From Octopus sinensis (Eukaryota), in NCBI RefSeq assembly GCF_006345805.1, contig NW_021834989.1, positions 1 to 43,600 on the forward strand: 43,600 nt of DNA. Reading direction: 5' to 3'. A program made the position numbers and the translations under genes. Position 1 is the first letter of the stretch; every line of letters starts with the position of its first letter. Below the pieces are notes generated by a model. It ran no database searches and was not told the origin of the DNA. It saw only the letters and a program-made list of their open reading frames with translations. Below, piece after piece: positions 1-11,323 of the stretch.

Positions 1-133
1 ATGTATAATTTATGCATGTGTGGCATACGTGCATATGCATACACACTTATGTGTGGATTAATATATTTGAATTTATAAATATAGAGAATCGCTGACTTAC
101 CAATTCCACTCAAACTTTTGCATACGTGCATAA

Positions 134-135
<2 letters not shown>

Positions 136-169
<34 letters not shown>

Positions 170-380
170 ACACACACACACACACACACACACACATATG
201 CACAGATACACACAATTGCATATTCATGTGTGTACTCATATGTAGGCGCATATATACGTATCTATACACATACATATGTGAATGTGTGTGTGTACATATA
301 CGTGTGTGTGTGTGCGTGTGTGTGTGTGTGTGTATGTGTGTGTGTATGTGTGTGCGTATATGCATACAGGCACACATATA
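136..380. repeat. (CA)n / (TG)n compound microsatellite
   Basis: Direct reading: CA runs 136-195, TG runs 283-357; explains the THTH/VCVC ORFs. Confidence 0.95.
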
Positions 381-661
381 TAATTTATAGGAGGATCTGA
401 AATTCCAGAGCATCCATTGAACACGGAAGTCGAAATCTTTGTGTATGTATATTCATATGTACAGAGACACATTAACCACCCATATACACGCATATAGTTA
501 CGTGTGCGCGTACGAAGATGAGTACACACCCACACCCACACACACATATATATATATCTACATAAATTAGGATGCTCTCTGCACATTTCGATCGAATCCC
601 CTGCGAGTCAATACGGGATCTTCTAACGACAAAGCAAATATCATCTAATCAAAATAACCTT

Positions 662-745
662 GGCCTGAAGAGCAGCTTGCGGTCTACTCCTCGTCTGGAT
701 AATTACTACTTCCGAGGTTCCGCTTGCTATGAAACATATGTAGCC
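662..745 (+). ncRNA. Type I hammerhead ribozyme-like motif
   Basis: GGC-CTGAAGA(665-671)-branched helix II (GCGG/CCGC, CCTCG/CGAGG)-GAAA(731-734)-CATATG-TA-GCC. Helix I GGC/GCC, palindromic helix III ACATATGT, GUA cleavage triplet. Three extra nt (TAT) lie before GAAA. Confidence 0.65.
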
Positions 746-837
746 TGGATTTTATCTACTCCATTGCCCAATTTTTGGATATTTATTCACATCTATAGCA
801 ACCACAGTTGCTAATCGTAAACTATTACATAACTATT

Positions 838-1556
838 GGCGGCGAGCTGGCAGAAACGTTAGCACGCCGTGCGAAATGCGTAGCCGTATTTTGTCTGCCG
901 TTACGTTCTGACTTCAAATTCCGCCGATGTCGACTTTGCCTTTCATCCTTTCGGGGTCGATAAATTAAGTACTATTTGTCTGTCCTTGTTTGTCCTCTCT
1001 GTGTTTAACCCCTTGTGGGTAGTAAAGAAATATGTATTTCGTCTGCTGCTATGTTCTGAGATCAAATTCCGCCGAGGTCGACTTTGACTTTCATACTTTC
1101 GGGATCGATAAATTAAGTACCAGTTACACACTGGGGTCGATGTAATTGACCTAATCCGTTTGCCTGTCCTTGTTTGTCCCCTCTGTGTTTAGCCCCTTGT
1201 GGGTAGTAAAGAAATAGGCATTTCGTTTGCCGCTACGTTGTGAGTTCAAATTCCGCTTAGGTCGACTTTGCCTTTCATCCTTTCGGGGTCGATAAATTAA
1301 GTATCATTTACGCACTGGGGTCGATATAATCGACTTAATCTGTGTGTCTGTCCTTGTTTGTCCCCTCTGTGTTTAGCCCCTTGTGAGTAGTAAAGAAATA
1401 GGTATTTCGTTTGCCGTTACTTTCTGAGTTCAAATTTCGCCGAGTTCAAATTTGCCTTTCATCCTGTCGGGGTCGATTAAATAAGTACCAGCTACGCACT
1501 GGGGTCGATATAATCGACTTAATCTGTTTGTCTGTCCTTGTTTGTCCTCTCTGTGC
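838..1556 (+). mobile_element. tRNA-derived SINE family A with body in four tandem units (184-bp period)
   Basis: Head GGCGGCGAGCTGGCAGAAACG (A-box-like), B-box GAGTTCAAAT, central GCCTTTCATCCTTTCGGGGTCGATAAATTAAGTACC (resembles the Meta/MESC SINE domain as I recall it). Units start at 886, 1034, 1218, 1402; unit 1 has an internal deletion. Confidence 0.9.
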
Positions 1557-1661
1557 AATATTTTGTGGTGTATATAATTTTGTTGACTCTTCGCTAAAGA
1601 ACGCTGAAAAAGTGTCTGTAAAACAAGGGAGGTGATATGAAAAAAAAATTTAGAAGCACTG
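1557..1661 (+). mobile_element. hAT (Charlie-like) DNA transposon terminal fragment
   Basis: Ends AAAAAATTTAGAAGCACTG, similar to hAT-Charlie termini (GAGAACCACTG); no matching left end seen. Confidence 0.35.
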
Positions 1662-1675
1662 CTCTATATTGTCGT

Positions 1676-1897
1676 TCATCTGCGAGAAATAGCATCTAAA
1701 TCTCCCTCAAATCAAAATCACTTTCACCGACTTCAGTAAGATGAAGACACATGAAGGAATCTAGTTCTTACATACATCTAAAAAAAAAAAAAATAGAAAA
1801 GCAAAAACAAGAAAAAACATCAGTATTGTTTGGCTGGAAATACTTTGATCAAAGAACTGCTCGATCAGGCTTCAGTAGGGGGCTTAAATAACAACGA
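1676..1897 (+). mobile_element. Old interspersed repeat family D (SINE-like, (CAA)n-type tail)
   Basis: AGAAATAGCATCTAAATCTCCCTCAAATC...CTGCTCGATCAG...GGGGCTTAAATAACAAC; related decayed pieces at 14228-14410 (-), 25005-25060, 28045-28345. Confidence 0.5.
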
Positions 1898-2667
1898 TTA
1901 CCAAACGCAAAACAACTCTTCTATAGCCACCAGTAACTTTACAACATCTTTGCATCATCTTCACAGAAAGTGTCAACACAACTGTTGTTCGCACCAACAA
2001 CTGACTCCATCATCTCTGAACTGCGAACATGATGCTTTCCTTCATCGTTGGCAGCAAGTTGTTAATGTTATATACATCCGTTCGTCCTCGCTCACCATAA
2101 TCTCAATTTCTCTTTTAGCGGGAGAGCGGTTTCATAAAATGGTAGGAAAGATGGCACTAGCTCTCTCTGACGCTCTCCATCCCCTCCCCTCTCATTCTCT
2201 TAGCCACACTCAATTTATCGGTGGTAAAAGAAGCTGTGAGTCACGAACTTCTCACGTTGCAGTGTAGACTCTTCTGAAATAATAAGAGAGAGAAAGGGAG
2301 AGACCTTGTTAAATATCTCCTAACCACTTCAAAGGTTTTTCAAATTTTCACCAGAATATTTTCAATAAAAATATTGTTTTGATGTAGTTTTGCATGCTGA
2401 TGAAGATCGCATTCATTTTCTTTTTTTAATTTAGAAATTAATATTAAAGAAGTTACAAATATTTAAAATTATGTAATTTTAGCTAATCGAAAATCTTCAT
2501 TGCCAATGTTTTCATGGAAATCAGCAAATACAACGAAGTCGAAATTTTTATGTGGTCTCTTTACTTGCAACCAAATACTCCTTAAACTACACACACATAT
2601 ACACACCACACACACACACACAAACACACAAACAAACGTCTATAATGTTTAATATTATAAACACTGA

Positions 2668-2878
2668 AGGCGATGAGCTGGTAGATAGAAAGCCGGGCAA
2701 AATGCATAGCGACAGTTCGCCTGCCTTTGTCTTCTGTGTTCAAATTCTGCCGGGTCGACTTTGTCTTTCATCCTTTCGGGGTTAATAGAATAAGGACCAG
2801 TCGAGTACTGTAATCGATGTAAAGGACTTACCTGATCTCACGAAAATGAAGGCCTTGTGCCAAAATTTAAAGCCATAA
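2668..2878 (+). mobile_element. SINE family A, diverged copy with alternative tail
   Basis: GGCGATGAGCTGG head, GTTCAAATTC, GTCGACTTTGTCTTTCATCCTTTCGGGG, tail GGCCTTGTGCCAAAATTT. Confidence 0.85.
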
Positions 2879-2930
2879 TTACAAACACTACCCTCAAAGA
2901 TGCTGTATATATATTTGTTATTAATATATA

Positions 2931-3346
2931 CTCTCTTTTACTCTTTTACTTGTTTCAGTCATTTGACTGCGGCCATGCTGGAGCACCGCCTTTAGTCGAG
3001 CAAATCAACCCCGGGACTTATTCTTTGTAAGTCCAGAACTTATTCTATCGGTATCTTTTGCCGAACCGCTAAGTGACGGGGACGTAAACACAACAGCATC
3101 GGTTGTCAAGCAATGCTAGGGGGACAAACACAGACACACAAACACATACACACACATATATTATATATATATATATACAATAATACAACAGGCTTCTTTC
3201 AGTTTCCGTCTACCAATCCACTCACAGGCATTGGTCGGCCCGGGGCTATAGCAGAAGATACTTGCCCAAGATGCCACGCAGTGGGACTGAACCCGGAACC
3301 ATGTGGTTGGTTAGCAAGCTACTTACCACACAGCCACTCCTGCGCC
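2931..3346 (-). mobile_element. SINE family B (tRNA head plus CORE-like domain; octopus OR-like), full length
   Basis: Minus strand GGCGCAGGAGTGGCTGTGTGGTAAG, B-box-like GGTTCAGTCCC, CORE-like GTGGCATCTTGGGCAAGTATCTT, internal TA/TG microsatellite, tail GAAACAAGTAAAAGAGTAAAAGAG. Confidence 0.92.
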
Positions 3347-3532
3347 TATACAATGACCTTCTGATTGCAAATAATAAAATTTAATAATAAAGAAGTTACA
3401 AGGACCGTGTTTTGATGCATTTGTGCTCTATAAGTGGAAAAAAACCAAGCAACAACAAAAAGTCTACCAACAACTCCGTTATATAATGTGTTGTCCTTAT
3501 TGTTTGTAAGTGGTTAGAAGAAATTTAACAAG

Positions 3533-3535
<3 letters not shown>

Positions 3536-3609
<74 letters not shown>

Positions 3610-3618
3610 CCGAGAGAG
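3536..3618. repeat. (GA)n microsatellite
   Basis: Direct reading. Confidence 0.95.
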
Positions 3619-3619
3619 C

Positions 3620-3828
3620 TACGAGGGTTGCTGAAAAGTTCCTGTCTTTGGGTAAAAGAAAATACCGGAGGATCATTTAATTACGATTTTATTCCCTTCT
3701 CAGATTCACACACTTATTGCAGCGGTCCTTCTGTTTTTCAAGTCCTGTAAAAGAACTCGGAAGTTTGGGCCTCCAACCAGGCCTTTCTAGCACGCTTAAA
3801 GCCAGGTACTTTTCAGTATCCTGTCGTA
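3620..3828 (+). mobile_element. Mariner-type MITE (~205 bp)
   Basis: TIRs TACGAGGGTTGCTGAAAAGTTCCTG ... CAGGTACTTTTCAGTATCCTGTCGTA with TA at both ends; two further copies in this window. Confidence 0.85.
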
Positions 3829-3844
3829 AAGATAACTTTATTAG

Positions 3845-3975
3845 CATATTATTACTTAACTCTGATAGGATGAAAGGTAAAGCTGACTTCGGGACAGGAT
3901 TTGAACTCCCTGCGCAAAACATCCTGAACAGTTACCGCTAAGCTTTTGTATGGTCCCGTAGCGACTCTACAAGCT
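3845..3975 (-). mobile_element. SINE family A, decayed fragment
   Basis: AGGATGAAAGGTAAAGCTGAC...GGATTTGAACTC is the reverse complement of the family A B-box and core. Confidence 0.65.
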
Positions 3976-4352
3976 GTCAACATTGCTAACAACATGACTT
4001 CCAGGAATAATATAAAACCCAACATGTACCAATCCTACCTTCATTATCACCACCGACATTATCACCTTAATATACATTATTAACTAGTAACACTATCATG
4101 ACCATTATTACCACCACTACTAACACCACTACCAGCGACATCAGCATGATCCCACCCCAACACATATACCAACAGATGTTGAGTCATTATTTATAACTTG
4201 TCCAAACTAATATAGCTCAAGATTTTTATGTATTTCAGTGTACACATACTTGGCCCGTGTCCAGAAAGTTCTTACCTATACTTAGCTACAGTATGCAAAC
4301 ACACTACGTCTCATGATCTCTCACATTCCATATCTCTATAAATGCACATGCC

Positions 4353-4561
4353 TATGTATGTATGTATGTATGTATGTATGTATGTATGTATGTATGATGT
4401 ATGTATGTATGTTATGTATGTATTATGTCTGTAGTATGTATGTATTACGAACATCTGTATGTATGTTTGCATGTATGTATATATGTAAGTAATATATATA
4501 TATATTTATATATATAATTATTATATATATATATATATAATTTATATTTATATATATATAT

Positions 4562-4614
<53 letters not shown>

Positions 4615-4700
4615 CATATACACACATACATGATAAAATATATATATATATATTTATATATCTATCAGTCTACAAATATCTATTTATATACACACATATA
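4353..4700. repeat. (TATG)n and (TA)n microsatellites
   Basis: Direct reading. Confidence 0.95.
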
Positions 4701-5244
4701 CATATTATGCGCTTGACACACACACGCATGCACACAACGCATATCTGTGTGTATGCATATATATTTCCTTTCAAAGACTCACACACACACATAGATATGG
4801 TGCACATAACCGCATGTGTGTGAACCATCGGCAGGAATATTTGTTTCCCCGTTTAATATCGAGCGTTTTCGTATTCTCCAACGCGAAGTTGGCAACAGCT
4901 TTATTAAGCTTCTAACACTGCAGTGTGTACTATATTCTAGAGCGTGATACTTCGTTCTATCTGCTCCTCTCATGAAAAGTGTTACTTTAAGAATGTTGTT
5001 TGGAGTCAGGTTTCACAATGATAAATGTACGTTTAGAGAAATTGCGTCTCTTTTCTTGGGGAATTTTTAAGAGTATATGAGACCAAGGCCCCATGTATGT
5101 GACTATGTGTATGTTTTGTAAAGGTAGGCATTGGTTATGTTGGTGCTGTTTAAAAACTTGGTGTCTGAGTATAGATATTTGAATTACACCCAGTGTCCTA
5201 AGTATTACTTTGTTAGGCTGGTCTTCTACAATATCTTCTTTTAG

Positions 5245-5545
5245 TTCTGTTACTTATTCCAGTCATTGGATTGCGGCAATGCTAGACCCCAACACTATTT
5301 TTTAAAATCTGGTACGTATTCTATCGGTTTCTTTTGCCGAACTGGTAAATTATAGGAACGTAAACATACCAACAACGGTTGACAAGCGGTGGCAGTTTGA
5401 TTAGCGCATGTATGGCTCTGTGTCAAAGAAGACTCCATACTAAGTGGTTCCAGATTCGATGCTAATGTATGGAACTTTGTGCAATTGTCTTCCTATTAGG
5501 CTAACTAATACTTTTTGAGAAGTTACCAAACGGTATCTATACCAA
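5245..5545 (-). mobile_element. SINE family B, decayed
   Basis: TATTCTATCGGTTTCTTTTGCCGAAC...ACGTAAACA...CGGTTGACAAGCG matches the family B 3' half; a decayed opposite-strand head follows. Confidence 0.65.
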
Positions 5546-5650
5546 AGCTCCTCGTGTACGCAATACTATGAATACGTGTGCATGTATGTTTCTATTAATG
5601 TGCTTTCCCATCACTCTCTCTCTCTCTCTCTCTCTCTCTATGTATATATA

Positions 5651-5696
<46 letters not shown>

Positions 5697-5937
5697 TAAT
5701 AGTAATAAGTAATCCTTGGATGAAATTTATAAATATTTTAATGCATCACTACATGTGTTTTCACAAATTACCTGTCAATTCAAGGATTTATTGTTATAAT
5801 TACTATATTAATCCACATTATATCGCTACAGCTCGGTGAAATCCCACACAAAACTGGTTCACCAGTCAGCCTCATTAGACTGTAGCCGGCATAATGGAAC
5901 AGGACCTTTATATATTATATATTATATATATATATAT

Positions 5938-5973
<36 letters not shown>

Positions 5974-6019
5974 AAAAAAATAAAAATAAAAAATAAAAAG
6001 AACAAACAAAAAAATTACA

Positions 6020-8018
6020 AACTAAAGTACTGCCAACAGCAACACACACATTCGACGGCTATCGCACTGCTTGAATCCAAAAAATATACCCTCCAACAAT
6101 GCATGAAGACCCTCATCAACAACCAAAGAATCATCTGAGGAGAAGTGGGCCATTGAAAAAATCAAACTCAACCCAAAGTGTTCTTTTCATTGCGAGAAAA
6201 CGCGGGTCACTGTCTCCACTGTAGGCCCTCTAATTGACGAAACTGGCACTCTCCAAATAATGCCAAATCCATGGCCGAGTACTGCAGAAACAATACTGCT
6301 CTGTTTTTCAGCATCCTGATATGGCCGATCTGGGCTGTATCAGTGATGTCAACCCCCAACACACTATATCGGACATAACGTTTAGTGCCCCCGATGTCTT
6401 AGCGGCGATAAACGAAATAAAACACAATTCCAGCAGTAGCCCCGATTAGGTTCCCTGCTTGTGTCCTGAAGGTGTGTCGACACCAACTTGCTCTCCCCTG
6501 CTAATCTGTGGAGAAACTCCACTGGATGCTGGGCTATATTCCAAAAAACCTTCTGTCCCAGTCTGTTGTCCCAGTTTTCAAAAAGGAAACAAGTCCCTTG
6601 CAGTGAATTACCGTCCGATCTCACTCACCTCTCATATCATCAAGGTATTTGAGAGGGTGGTGAGATCTCGAATAACCCAATTTCGGAAAGCAACAAGACG
6701 GCTGATCTCCAACCAACATGGGTTCCGTAATGGAAGGGACTGCCCAACTCAGCTCCTGCATCACTTTGAGACATTTTGAGAGCTTTGGGAGGGGCTCCAA
6801 CACTGATGTCATCTACCTTGATTTCAGTAAGGCCTTCGACAGGGTCGATCACAAGATCCTATTGAAAAAACTATCCAACATTGGGGTCTCTGAAAGTTAC
6901 TGAAATGGATTAAGTGTTCCTGACAGACAAATCTCAAAACATGTTGTAGTTGAAGGGGGTAAATCAAGCCCAGCCAAAGTCAGTAGTGGCGTTCCGCAAG
7001 GCACTGTGCTGGGCCCACTTCTTTTCATCATTTACATTATGACATTAATGACATCATCAAGCACAGCAACATAAAAATCTTTGCAGATGACTCCAAGCCT
7101 ACAGAAGGTCATAAATGAGGCGAGTGACCGGACATGCCTTCAGTCAGATCTACTGCTTTATCCAATGGGCAGAAAAAAAAAATATGCTGCTGAACGAGGA
7201 TAAATTTGAGCTAATCCACTTTGGAAAAGAGGATGCCCTGAAACTCCCATACTCCCTTCCTCAGGTGAAACTCTCCGCGGCGTCCAACAACCTCAGAGAC
7301 TTGGGAGTAATTGTGGACAACAACGTAAGCTGGGCCACTCATATAAACACCAAAGTTGACATGGCCCGCAGAATGTGTTCCTGGATTCTCAGAACTTTCC
7401 ATCGAGAGATATCCAACCATTATCCTTCTCTTCTCCACCTTGCCCGACCCCACCTTGAATACTGTTGTCCACTGTGGTCTCCCCACACAATACAAGGTAT
7501 CATAAAAGTTGAAGCCCTCAAGGGCAATCACAAAAAAGATAGATGGCATGACAGGCCTCGACTATTGGGGTCGACTAGAAAAGCTAAAACTCTATTCTCT
7601 CCAACTTCGTCCGTGAGCGCTACATCATCTGCATGATGTGGAACATATCCATCAGCATTGCCCAAATGATGGCTTTGGGGCCCCGTGCCATCCGCCCAAA
7701 ACAAAAATCGCACTCTCATCTCATAACAACAATACGGCACAATTATTTCACCTCAATTGGCCCCGCTCTCTTTAACATTACACACCAAACACATTAAAAC
7801 AGAAACTGACCCTATAGGGTTCAAGAAGTCTTTGGACAGATTCCTTCAAGAAATCCCGGATAAACTCCCTACACCCGGATATGTCTCTGTAAACAATAAC
7901 TCTCTACTTGAGTGGGCCATAGTGCCCAAATTCTGACTTGAAAGACTTCACCAGGTGGTGCTATTAAGTTAGACATGGCCTGGGCCAATAATGGCCGAAA
8001 CCTATCAAAGTATCAAAG

Positions 8019-8019
<1 letters not shown>
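6020..8019 (+). mobile_element. 5'-truncated CR1-group LINE (ORF2 reverse transcriptase), frameshifted as assembled
   Basis: Motifs NYRPISLTSHIIKVFERVV, QHGFR, YLDFSKAFDRVDH, SGVPQGTVLGPLLF, IFADDSK, DLGV, RPHLEYCCPLWSP, FKKSLDRFL; stop at 7934-7936, short 3' UTR, (TATCAAAG)2 tail; (TA)n on both sides. Confidence 0.93.
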
Positions 8020-8066
<47 letters not shown>

Positions 8067-8072
8067 ATATAT

Positions 8073-8131
<59 letters not shown>

Positions 8132-8153
8132 TCTATATATCTATATATATATT

Positions 8154-8204
<51 letters not shown>

Positions 8205-8228
8205 CACACACACAGATATATATATATT
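8020..8228. repeat. (TA)n microsatellite
   Basis: Direct reading. Confidence 0.95.
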
Positions 8229-8340
8229 ACATGTATCAGTTTTCCATAAGTCACAAAAAGCACACTCAAAAAGAGAATTGAAGCGGTTATACTTTAATTA
8301 TATATCATGTAGTATATTCCTGGCACACAATCAGTCAGAA

Positions 8341-8400
8341 AGTTACCATTGGTTTCACGTCAACTATAACACTTAGTAATACAGGCAACTCAACAGAAAA
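8341..8400 (-). ncRNA. Decayed hammerhead-like motif
   Basis: Minus strand CTGTTGA...GAAA-CCAATGG-TA with near-palindromic helix III; helices I and II pair poorly. Confidence 0.25.
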
Positions 8401-9342
8401 GCTGGCTGGAAGCAACATAGCATCTTCAATGCGGAAATTGCCAACATGTCTGAAGTGTCGACAATATTGTCAAGTGCTACTGTAGATGCGAAACTTCTGG
8501 TTATTTCCTCATCGGCTATACGACATAACTAAGAATATACTACTCGACAATGTATATGTATAAATGATATTTTATCGAGTATCATCTACTCTTCCTTCAG
8601 AAAATGAAACCGCGAAGATCTAGATAAGTTAATGGACTGAGAAACGAAAAGACAATAAGAGACAACGAAAAATCTTCATAAAAACGCGAGTAAACTCACT
8701 CTCATGTCTTTAACATATATCTTTGAAATAAAGGCTACATTTTACTCTCTCGCTCTCTTTCTCTCTCGTTATCTCTCACCCCAGCGTATACATATTCGTA
8801 TATAAAAAAAAAATAATAGGTAGGTCTTTTAATAAACATATACAGTGTTTCTTATATCTCCAAGTTTTCCAAAGAACCGCTGTCTGTTGCAGTCTGAAGA
8901 CAGAAAGTGGTTCTTTCCCCGATGAAGCTTAAGAAAACTACCAACTAATCAAATTGATTGCATAACTTTCTATGCGATGCAACCATTTGTTTATTTTTCA
9001 CACCAAAGCTAAATCGTACGAATTTTGTTTTAAACCATAGACCTTTACATTTCAGATTATCAGACAAACAAATAATAGAAAGAAATTTAAAATTGAATTA
9101 ATTCGCATTGTCAACGCATACATTATTACAGAAATTAGAGAGACCAATTAAGCTCTGTCCGTGTTGGTAAACACGATGAATATTTATAAAGTAATCATCT
9201 CTCCATGAATATTATTTTAGCAAGGAACTGAAAGGAATAGAGAAGTTCTATTTTCTGAGTATTGTAACTGGAAATGTAAAGTAAAAACAAAGAGCTCGAT
9301 TCAGGTAAAAATCAAACTCAATCATTCATATAAGAGAATATA

Positions 9343-9510
9343 GGCGCAAGCATGGGTGTGTAGTTCAGAAGCTTACTTCTAACCATGTAGTCTTGTGAGT
9401 AATCCCACATTGCGGCAAAACTTGTGCAAGTATATTTTATTATAACTCAGAGCCGACCAAATATTAGTGAGTGGATTCAGTTGAAGGAAACTGAAAGAAG
9501 TCTGACGTGT
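9343..9510 (+). mobile_element. SINE family B, 5' half
   Basis: GGCGCAAGCATGGGTGTGTAG...CTTGTGCAAGT...GCCGACCAAA...GGAAACTGAAAGAAG. Confidence 0.8.
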
Positions 9511-9535
9511 ATGTATGTATGTACACACACACACA

Positions 9536-9574
<39 letters not shown>

Positions 9575-9599
9575 CACACACATATATATATATATATGA

Positions 9600-9781
9600 T
9601 AGATCGCTAGCCACTAAACCTTTTTCTATTTTCTTTCCCTGTTTATTTCTGTGTTCCTGTCTGTTGAAGAGCGTAGGCTCGAAACGTAAAAGACTTTTCA
9701 CTTCCCGAGCATTAAACTAATACATCTGTTTGTTTTTTACACTCCCGTCTTCGTCTTTTGTTTTTTTTTGTAAATTCTCAC

Positions 9782-9783
<2 letters not shown>
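9600..9783 (+). mobile_element. Penelope-like pseudo-LTR element with minimal hammerhead-like motif (9656-9693)
   Basis: CTGTTGA-A-GAGC-GTAG-GCTC-GAAA-CG-TA-AAAG; 3' end runs into (TA)n; homologous copies at 9843-10170 (-) and 37928-38540 (-). Confidence 0.6.
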
Positions 9784-9812
<29 letters not shown>

Positions 9813-9842
9813 ATACACATACATACACATATACATATGTAT

Positions 9843-10170
9843 GTGGTTCAAATGTACAGAAAACAAAAGAGAGGTGGGGGAACAACAAGCAGGTGTATTA
9901 CTTTGAGGCTCTGGAAGAATGGAAAAGTCTGACGTTTCGAGCCTACGCTTTTCGAATGAAAGGGATGAGAGGGGAAAAATGGTGAAGCAAAGGAAAAACG
10001 GAGAGAGAAAAAATGTCGGGATTAACGGGATTAACATAATGAAATAATAGGAAGAAAAAGGCTGAATAAAGGGGAAATAACAGTGAAATGGCTGAACTAA
10101 GGTGCGCAAGCGCATGTGCATATGTAGAATAGTGTTTATCAGTCAGTATGTGTGACTGGTCGAAAGCTTG
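9843..10170 (-). mobile_element. Related Penelope-like pseudo-LTR element, opposite orientation
   Basis: Minus strand AAGCGTAGGCTCGAAACGTCAGACTTTTCC (9921-9950), core decayed; same downstream segment as the 9600-9783 copy. Confidence 0.55.
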
Positions 10171-10682
10171 TGAATGTATGTGTTCAAATTCAGGATGTTT
10201 TTGAAAGACACTATATTTTATAATCGTAGTATATATACTTTCTCACACAACAATTATAATATATTTATTTTAAATCATTTATTTATTTTAAATCGTTCAT
10301 CTTTCTCCCTTCTCACTTTCACACACATTACTTTGAGTGCGAAAGAGTTTTGTTTTTATTTAACGCCGAGTAAAAAAGTGTTTTGTTGGCAATTCATTTA
10401 TTTAACAACAAAGAAACAGAGAGGTGAGTAGCAATTTGTCAGTGAATTGCACAATGGGTACAATTTCCGAGGCTTCCGCCACACCCACTTCGTTTCACGG
10501 ACCACAAAAAGGGTTTGTAGCATATTAGGAGGCCAGAGTAGTTGATTCCACGCAAAAAAAAACGATTATTTTTCTTAGTGAAATCGTGCAAGTGTTAATT
10601 TAACAACATTTTTTCATTCATTTCTGTTTATGAACAAACATGCAATAGGTGTGTTCGTGTCTGTTGCCCATATATCTTATAT

Positions 10683-10754
<72 letters not shown>

Positions 10755-10794
10755 ATATATATATATATATAATATATATGATATACATATAATA

Positions 10795-10918
10795 TAACCG
10801 ACTTCAACGGATTTTGCCCAAATTTGACGTCGATATTACTTAGTTTGGTTTGAAATAAAGAACTTGATTAGCTTAATAATCGTAACTTAATCCCGGCAAG
10901 GCCGGGTTATACTGCTAG
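10795..10918 (+). mobile_element. Non-autonomous Helitron 3' fragment
   Basis: Hairpin CCCGGC-AAG-GCCGGG (10892-10906) 8 nt upstream of terminal CTAG followed by T; internal CGGATTTTGCCCAAATTTG motif. Confidence 0.75.
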
Positions 10919-10932
10919 TACATATATATAGG

Positions 10933-10966
<34 letters not shown>

Positions 10967-11049
10967 ATATATATATAATATATATATATATGTATATTAT
11001 ATATTATAAATGTATGTATGCATATAATATATATATTATATATAATATA

Positions 11050-11290
11050 TATATAAAACTGAGAATGTGGTCGGTCTGTCTGTGTGTTTCCCTAAAACTT
11101 GAGAACTACACAACCAATTTCATTCAAATTTTACACATGCCTTACTTAGGGTCCAGGGGGTGTCATCGGCAAAAATAAAATGTTTAACTTCTTGCCTAGA
11201 GCGAGCCCACAGCAAGATCATATATTCTCTACTATTTCAGTATTACGTGTTAAAAGTGAAACAAAAACATCTCTCTATTGTATGTATATG
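11050..11290 (+). mobile_element. Non-autonomous Helitron/DINE-like 5' portion
   Basis: TATATAAAA start, (GTCT)n stretch, CCAATTTCATTCAAATTTTACAC motif, same architecture as the start of the 33028-33407 element. Confidence 0.6.
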
Positions 11291-11292
11291 GA

Positions 11293-11323
<31 letters not shown>

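Noticed and set aside
838-1556. CRISPR-like array
   Set aside because: Units are full 184-bp tandem copies without unique spacers; eukaryotic SINE context, no cas genes.
1830-2267. 145-aa ORF
   Set aside because: Non-ATG start inside a family D repeat, low complexity, no recognisable domain.
2305-2560. CTGATGA at 2397 and DNA-transposon-like internal motifs
   Set aside because: No GAAA/helix III partner and no TIRs found; cannot be classified.
4779-5100. Possible second GIY-YIG C-terminal remnant on the minus strand
   Set aside because: Only vague resemblance (CSV...KLL...ILN); too weak to call.
5700-5908. TA-embedded insert with minus-strand CTAATGA...GAAAACACATGTA
   Set aside because: Core mutated and helix I does not pair; consistent with the pattern but unsupported alone.
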